A DNA stretch of 10,010 nucleotides from an uncultured Gemmatimonadota bacterium. Its GTDB lineage: Bacteria > SM23-81. The DNA lies in the NCBI GenBank assembly GCA_964584035.1, contig CAZOYL010000064.1:1-10010 (forward strand). Reading direction: 5' to 3'. Position 1 is the first letter of the stretch; every line of letters begins with the position of its first letter. Below, one piece after another: positions 6,889 through 10,010 of the stretch. The notes beneath the pieces were generated by a model. It ran no database searches. It was not told the origin of the DNA and saw only the letters and a program-made list of their open reading frames with translations. The position numbers and the translations under genes are program-made.

Positions 6889-6938
6889 AAAAAACGGCCG
6901 CCGAGGCTCTCTCACGGTGCTCCCCCTCCCGGCGGCCG
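6889..6938 (-). terminator. Putative internal intrinsic terminator or attenuator between paralogs A and B
   Basis: On the minus strand: CGGCCGCCG (6938-6930), 26 nt, CGGCGGCCG (6903-6895), then TTTTTT (6894-6889). This is a perfect 9 bp all-GC stem, but the loop is unusually large. Confidence 0.55.
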
Positions 6939-6962
6939 CTGAGTGGATGGCGCCTCGATCGA

Positions 6963-9221
6963 TTATCGGGCGCGTCTGGTTATCTTTGTCGTGTCGTTCC
7001 TCTGCCCGCCCTTGGCGCCGGTCAGCACCTGGCGGTCGAACTCGCCCACCGGACCGGACGGGGTCGATTTAGCCCCGGCGTCATCCGCCGCCCGGACGGC
7101 GTAGTAATAGTTCGTCCCGGACGTGCCGGCCGCCCCTGGGTCGGTGTAGGCGGTGCCGGCGGTGGCCCCGATCGAGTCGCCGGGCACGATGGCGGGATCG
7201 GTGTCCCGGTAGATGACATACTCGTCCACCGTCTCCGGCTGCCCCAGGGTGTCGCTGGTCACGGCCGACCAGGTGAGGACGATGTCGCCGCCGGATTTAT
7301 GGCTGGCCAGGTCGGTCACGGCCGCCGGCGGGGCATCCGAGCTCCACGGGCCGACGTAGACCCACTGGATGGCGTCGGCGATGACGTAGGACTTGGTGGT
7401 GAAGAAGTTGCTTACCGTGACCCGGGCCGTGTCGGCGAAGGGGAAGGTGCCCAGGTAGTTCCAGTCCTGCTCGTAGTTCTGGTCGGCGATCACCGTGTCC
7501 GGGCCGGCGGCGGTGTCGATGATGTACCGGGCGTCGGCGGTGTAGTCGCCGTGGTTGACCCAGAAGAAAACGGCGTAGTTTCCGGTCGAGTCGACCGGGG
7601 TGGTCCAGGTGGCCGTGGAGTCGCCGCCGCCTTTGGCGTGGTAGTGCTTGTACACCCCGTAGCACACCCCGGCGCTGCTCTGCCGCCAGTAGCCCACGGA
7701 GGTGAACAGCGAATCATTGGAGTCGTCCACGATGTAACCCGGAGGAAAGGCGGTGCTTTTACCGATGAACCGGCGCCGGTTGTTCGGCCAGACGGCCGTC
7801 TCCCTGGCGCCCTCCGAGGCCACTCCATCCACCGTCAGGGTGTAGACGAAATCGTCGTAGCTGGTGTTGGTGGTCAGATGGACCAACCGGTGGTCGGAGG
7901 CGTCGCGGGCCGCATTCAGGGTCATCAGCCCGGAGTCGAAGACGTAATTGGCCTCATCCTCGGCCGTGGCCTGATCGACGTCATCGCTGAACAGCACGTC
8001 CACCTGAGTCGTGCTCACCGGCAGGGCCACCGAGACGGTGAAGGGTCTGGCCGATTTCCAGGCCATGGCCGGCACGGCCGCCGGGACCTCATAGGGTCCG
8101 CCGGGCCCGATCAGGGTGTCCTTGAGATCGCCATAGAGGTTGGTGGCGGAGAACAGGGCCTGGCCTTCGACCGATTCGCTGCGGCAGATGCCGATCTCGG
8201 CCGCCAGGGTGTCGTCGTCGAGCAGGTAGGCGCCGATGCCGCCGTAGACGTGCCGGCCGTACTTGGCCACGGCGTGGTTGTGCAGCCGGGTTTGAAAGGT
8301 GCTGGTGTTGTCGGTGTAGACCATCGGGGCGGTGAAGTCGATGATGCCGTCATCCAGCCAGCCGTGGGAGTCCTGCAGGTAGTAGATGTACCCGTCGTTG
8401 AAGATCCCCCACACCGAGGCCGAGAGCTTGACCCAGGGTTTCAGCGCGGCGATGCTGTCGTAGGCGGCCTCGACCACCTCGGTGACCAGGCCGCGCCGGA
8501 AGGTGGTCCAGTATCCTGTGCAGCTGTCGGGCGTGCACCCGGGGTACTCCCGCTCGAAGCGGGCCACGCTGGAATCGTCGTAGGAATAGGTGTTGTAGGG
8601 ATAGCGGATGTAGTCCAGGTGAATGCCGTCCACATCGTAGTTGCTGGCGATGTCCATGATCACCCTGTTGAGGTGCTCCCGGAACTGGGGGATGCCCGGG
8701 CTGGCGAAGGCATAGCCGTAGTCGAAAGGATATTCCATGGGATCGCCGGACGAGTTCACCATGATCCAGTCCGGATGGGCGTTGTAAATGTGAAGGAGGG
8801 AGGCGGGAGCGAAGGACTGGGCCCACATCGGCATGGCGTTGACGTAGGCGTGCAGCTCCAGGCCCCGGCTGTGGGCCTCGTAGATGGCCACGGCCAGAGG
8901 ATCGTAGCCGGGATACTGGTTGCCCAGCAGGTGCGACCAGGGCTCCCAGGTGGAGATGTAGAAGGCGTCGGCCTCGCCCCGGATCTGGAACAGGACCGCG
9001 TTCATGTTGCAGTCGGCGATGTTGGCGATCTCGTCCTCGATGTCGGATCGGCTGTTCCACTCGTAGCGCGAGAACCAGGCGCAGCGGGCCTCGTCGGCCC
9101 CGGCCGGCGCGGGGGCCAGGGACAGGGCCGTTGAACCGGCTAATACATACAAAAAAAGTAGACTAATGGATCGGGCGGTTCTCTTCCGGAACGTCATCTT
9201 TTCAGACGTCATCATGTCCAT
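6963..9221 (-). CDS. Secreted GHL10/DUF187 glycoside hydrolase with the same four-domain architecture; paralog A (up to 752 aa; start could be 9221, 9215 or 9212)
   Basis: Signal peptide ending AGA|DEAR. GHL10 motifs (YDVDGIHLDYIRYP about 8599-8640, DFTAPMVY). Ig-like about 8046-7762, golvesin-like about 7737-7357, FN3-like about 7337-7035. AGGAGAGG SD upstream, stop TAA at 6965-6963. Confidence 0.88.
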   Translation of the reverse strand: MDMMTSEKMTFRKRTARSISLLFLYVLAGSTALSLAPAPAGADEARCAWFSRYEWNSRSDIEDEIANIADCNMNAVLFQIRGEADAFYISTWEPWSHLLGNQYPGYDPLAVAIYEAHSRGLELHAYVNAMPMWAQSFAPASLLHIYNAHPDWIMVNSSGDPMEYPFDYGYAFASPGIPQFREHLNRVIMDIASNYDVDGIHLDYIRYPYNTYSYDDSSVARFEREYPGCTPDSCTGYWTTFRRGLVTEVVEAAYDSIAALKPWVKLSASVWGIFNDGYIYYLQDSHGWLDDGIIDFTAPMVYTDNTSTFQTRLHNHAVAKYGRHVYGGIGAYLLDDDTLAAEIGICRSESVEGQALFSATNLYGDLKDTLIGPGGPYEVPAAVPAMAWKSARPFTVSVALPVSTTQVDVLFSDDVDQATAEDEANYVFDSGLMTLNAARDASDHRLVHLTTNTSYDDFVYTLTVDGVASEGARETAVWPNNRRRFIGKSTAFPPGYIVDDSNDSLFTSVGYWRQSSAGVCYGVYKHYHAKGGGDSTATWTTPVDSTGNYAVFFWVNHGDYTADARYIIDTAAGPDTVIADQNYEQDWNYLGTFPFADTARVTVSNFFTTKSYVIADAIQWVYVGPWSSDAPPAAVTDLASHKSGGDIVLTWSAVTSDTLGQPETVDEYVIYRDTDPAIVPGDSIGATAGTAYTDPGAAGTSGTNYYYAVRAADDAGAKSTPSGPVGEFDRQVLTGAKGGQRNDTTKITRRAR

Positions 9222-9277
9222 CTTCCTCTCCTGCTCCGTCTCCGTTGGCGCTGAGAAACCGCCGCTCGTCCCCTGCC

Positions 9278-10009
9278 TCAGCTGACCGGTTTAATTTCAG
9301 TTTGTTCTCTGAGCTGTTCCACAAAGCGGTCGAGGTGCTCCTGCATGCGCCGCTGCAGCACGATGCGCTGCAGCTTGGGGCTCAGCTCCCCGAAGGCCTG
9401 CGGATGCTCCGCCCGGATCTGTTCGGCCTTGAGGATGAACAGCCCCCACTTGGTCTCGACGATGTCGCTGATGTGGCCCTCCTCTAAATCGAACAGGGCC
9501 CGGCTCAGCTCGCTCTTGGGATTGCAGGTCACGAAGCCGGCGTCGCCGCCGTACTTGGCCAGTCCGGACTGCGAGTATTCTGCCACCACCTCGGCGAAAT
9601 CCGCCCCGGCCAGGACCTTCTCCCGGGCCTGGCGCATCATCTCCATGGCCTCCCGGCGCTTGGCCTGCGGCGCTCCGGGGTAGACCCGGCGGTAGATGTA
9701 GCGTTCATGCACTTCCCGGGGCCGGGTGACGATCTCGTCGGGATCCACGGTCAGCCGGGCGTAGACGGCCTCATCCAGCAGGCGGACGATGATCAGGTCC
9801 CGCTCGATCTGCCGGCGGAGGGTCTGATCGTCAAGATCGTTGTCCTCCCTGGCCTCCTGGAAGACGGCCCGGCTGAGAAATTCGTCGCGAAGCCGTTCGT
9901 ATTGAGCCGTGACCTCGCTTTCGGTCACCGTCAGGCCGCGGCGCCGGGCTTCCTGGGTGAGCAGCTCTTGGGTGATCAATTCCTCAATGGCCTCCTGTTG
10001 GAGTTTCGA
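9278..10009 (-). CDS. SurA/PrsA-like foldase (SurA N-terminal-like region plus parvulin/PpiC-type domain), 5'-truncated by the window edge
   Basis: The frame stays open to the window end (SKLQQEAIEELITQELLTQEARRRGLTVTESEV, a typical SurA_N/PrsA helix). Parvulin-like segments GADFAEVVAEYS, GGDAGFV and ALFDLEEGHISDIVETKWG. PrsA-like C-terminus (LREQTEIK). Stop TGA at 9280-9278. Confidence 0.85.
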   Translation of the reverse strand, partial: SKLQQEAIEELITQELLTQEARRRGLTVTESEVTAQYERLRDEFLSRAVFQEAREDNDLDDQTLRRQIERDLIIVRLLDEAVYARLTVDPDEIVTRPREVHERYIYRRVYPGAPQAKRREAMEMMRQAREKVLAGADFAEVVAEYSQSGLAKYGGDAGFVTCNPKSELSRALFDLEEGHISDIVETKWGLFILKAEQIRAEHPQAFGELSPKLQRIVLQRRMQEHLDRFVEQLREQTEIKPVS

Positions 10010-10010
10010 T

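Larger units (their letters stand above)
2369..9221 (-). repeat. Tandem triplication of an approximately 2.2-2.3 kb gene unit
   Basis: Three collinear paralogs share long DNA tracts, e.g. an exact 37 nt match GCCGACTTGCCCTTGGCGTCCGAGGCCGCCCGGATGA at 2457-2493 and 4696-4732. Confidence 0.95.

Noticed and set aside
6834..6965. Paralogs A and B are in the same reading frame (129 nt gap), suggesting stop read-through into a fused protein
   Set aside because: The spacer has additional in-frame stops (TGA and TAA) after the A stop, and B has its own SD and signal peptide.
6264..9134. 956 aa plus-strand ORF, with similar antisense ORFs at 2558-3751, 3758-4522, 5145-5789 and 5895-6263
   Set aside because: These are shadow ORFs on the reverse strand of GC3-rich genes. 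They have V/G/D/H-biased composition and no motifs, and overlap well-supported minus-strand CDSs.
9141..9170. AT-rich patch with an A7 run near the start of paralog A (possible phase-variable tract or promoter)
   Set aside because: The frame is intact and the patch encodes the signal peptide h-region. Low GC near gene starts is common, and a 7-mer is too short to claim slippage.
2369..9221. Diversity-generating retroelement or invertase-driven cassette shuffling as the cause of paralog similarity
   Set aside because: No reverse transcriptase or recombinase is in the window, differences are not adenine-specific, all copies are co-oriented full genes, and there are no flanking inverted repeats.

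Overview
GC-rich bacterial window with two convergent gene blocks. The plus strand holds the 3' part of a C10-family (streptopain/interpain-like) cysteine peptidase with an internal insertion and a short C-terminal beta-helix-cap-like module, then nagB with its own sigma70-type promoter and intrinsic terminator. The minus strand holds the 3' part of a SurA/PrsA-like parvulin-domain foldase that lacks the usual catalytic histidines. It is followed by three tandem paralogous secreted proteins (752, 741 and 738 aa). Each has a signal peptide, a GHL10/DUF187 (YddW/DigH-like) glycoside hydrolase barrel, an Ig-like domain, a golvesin-like putative carbohydrate-binding domain, and an FN3-like domain ending in VGEFD plus a basic tail. 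The most notable observations are the triplicated hydrolase cassette, the mosaic structure of the middle paralog, the shared C-terminal signature (possible sorting or anchoring signal), the degenerate foldase and an internal terminator in the array. No rRNA, tRNA, CRISPR array or mobile element was seen. Family calls come from motif recognition only; no searches were run.
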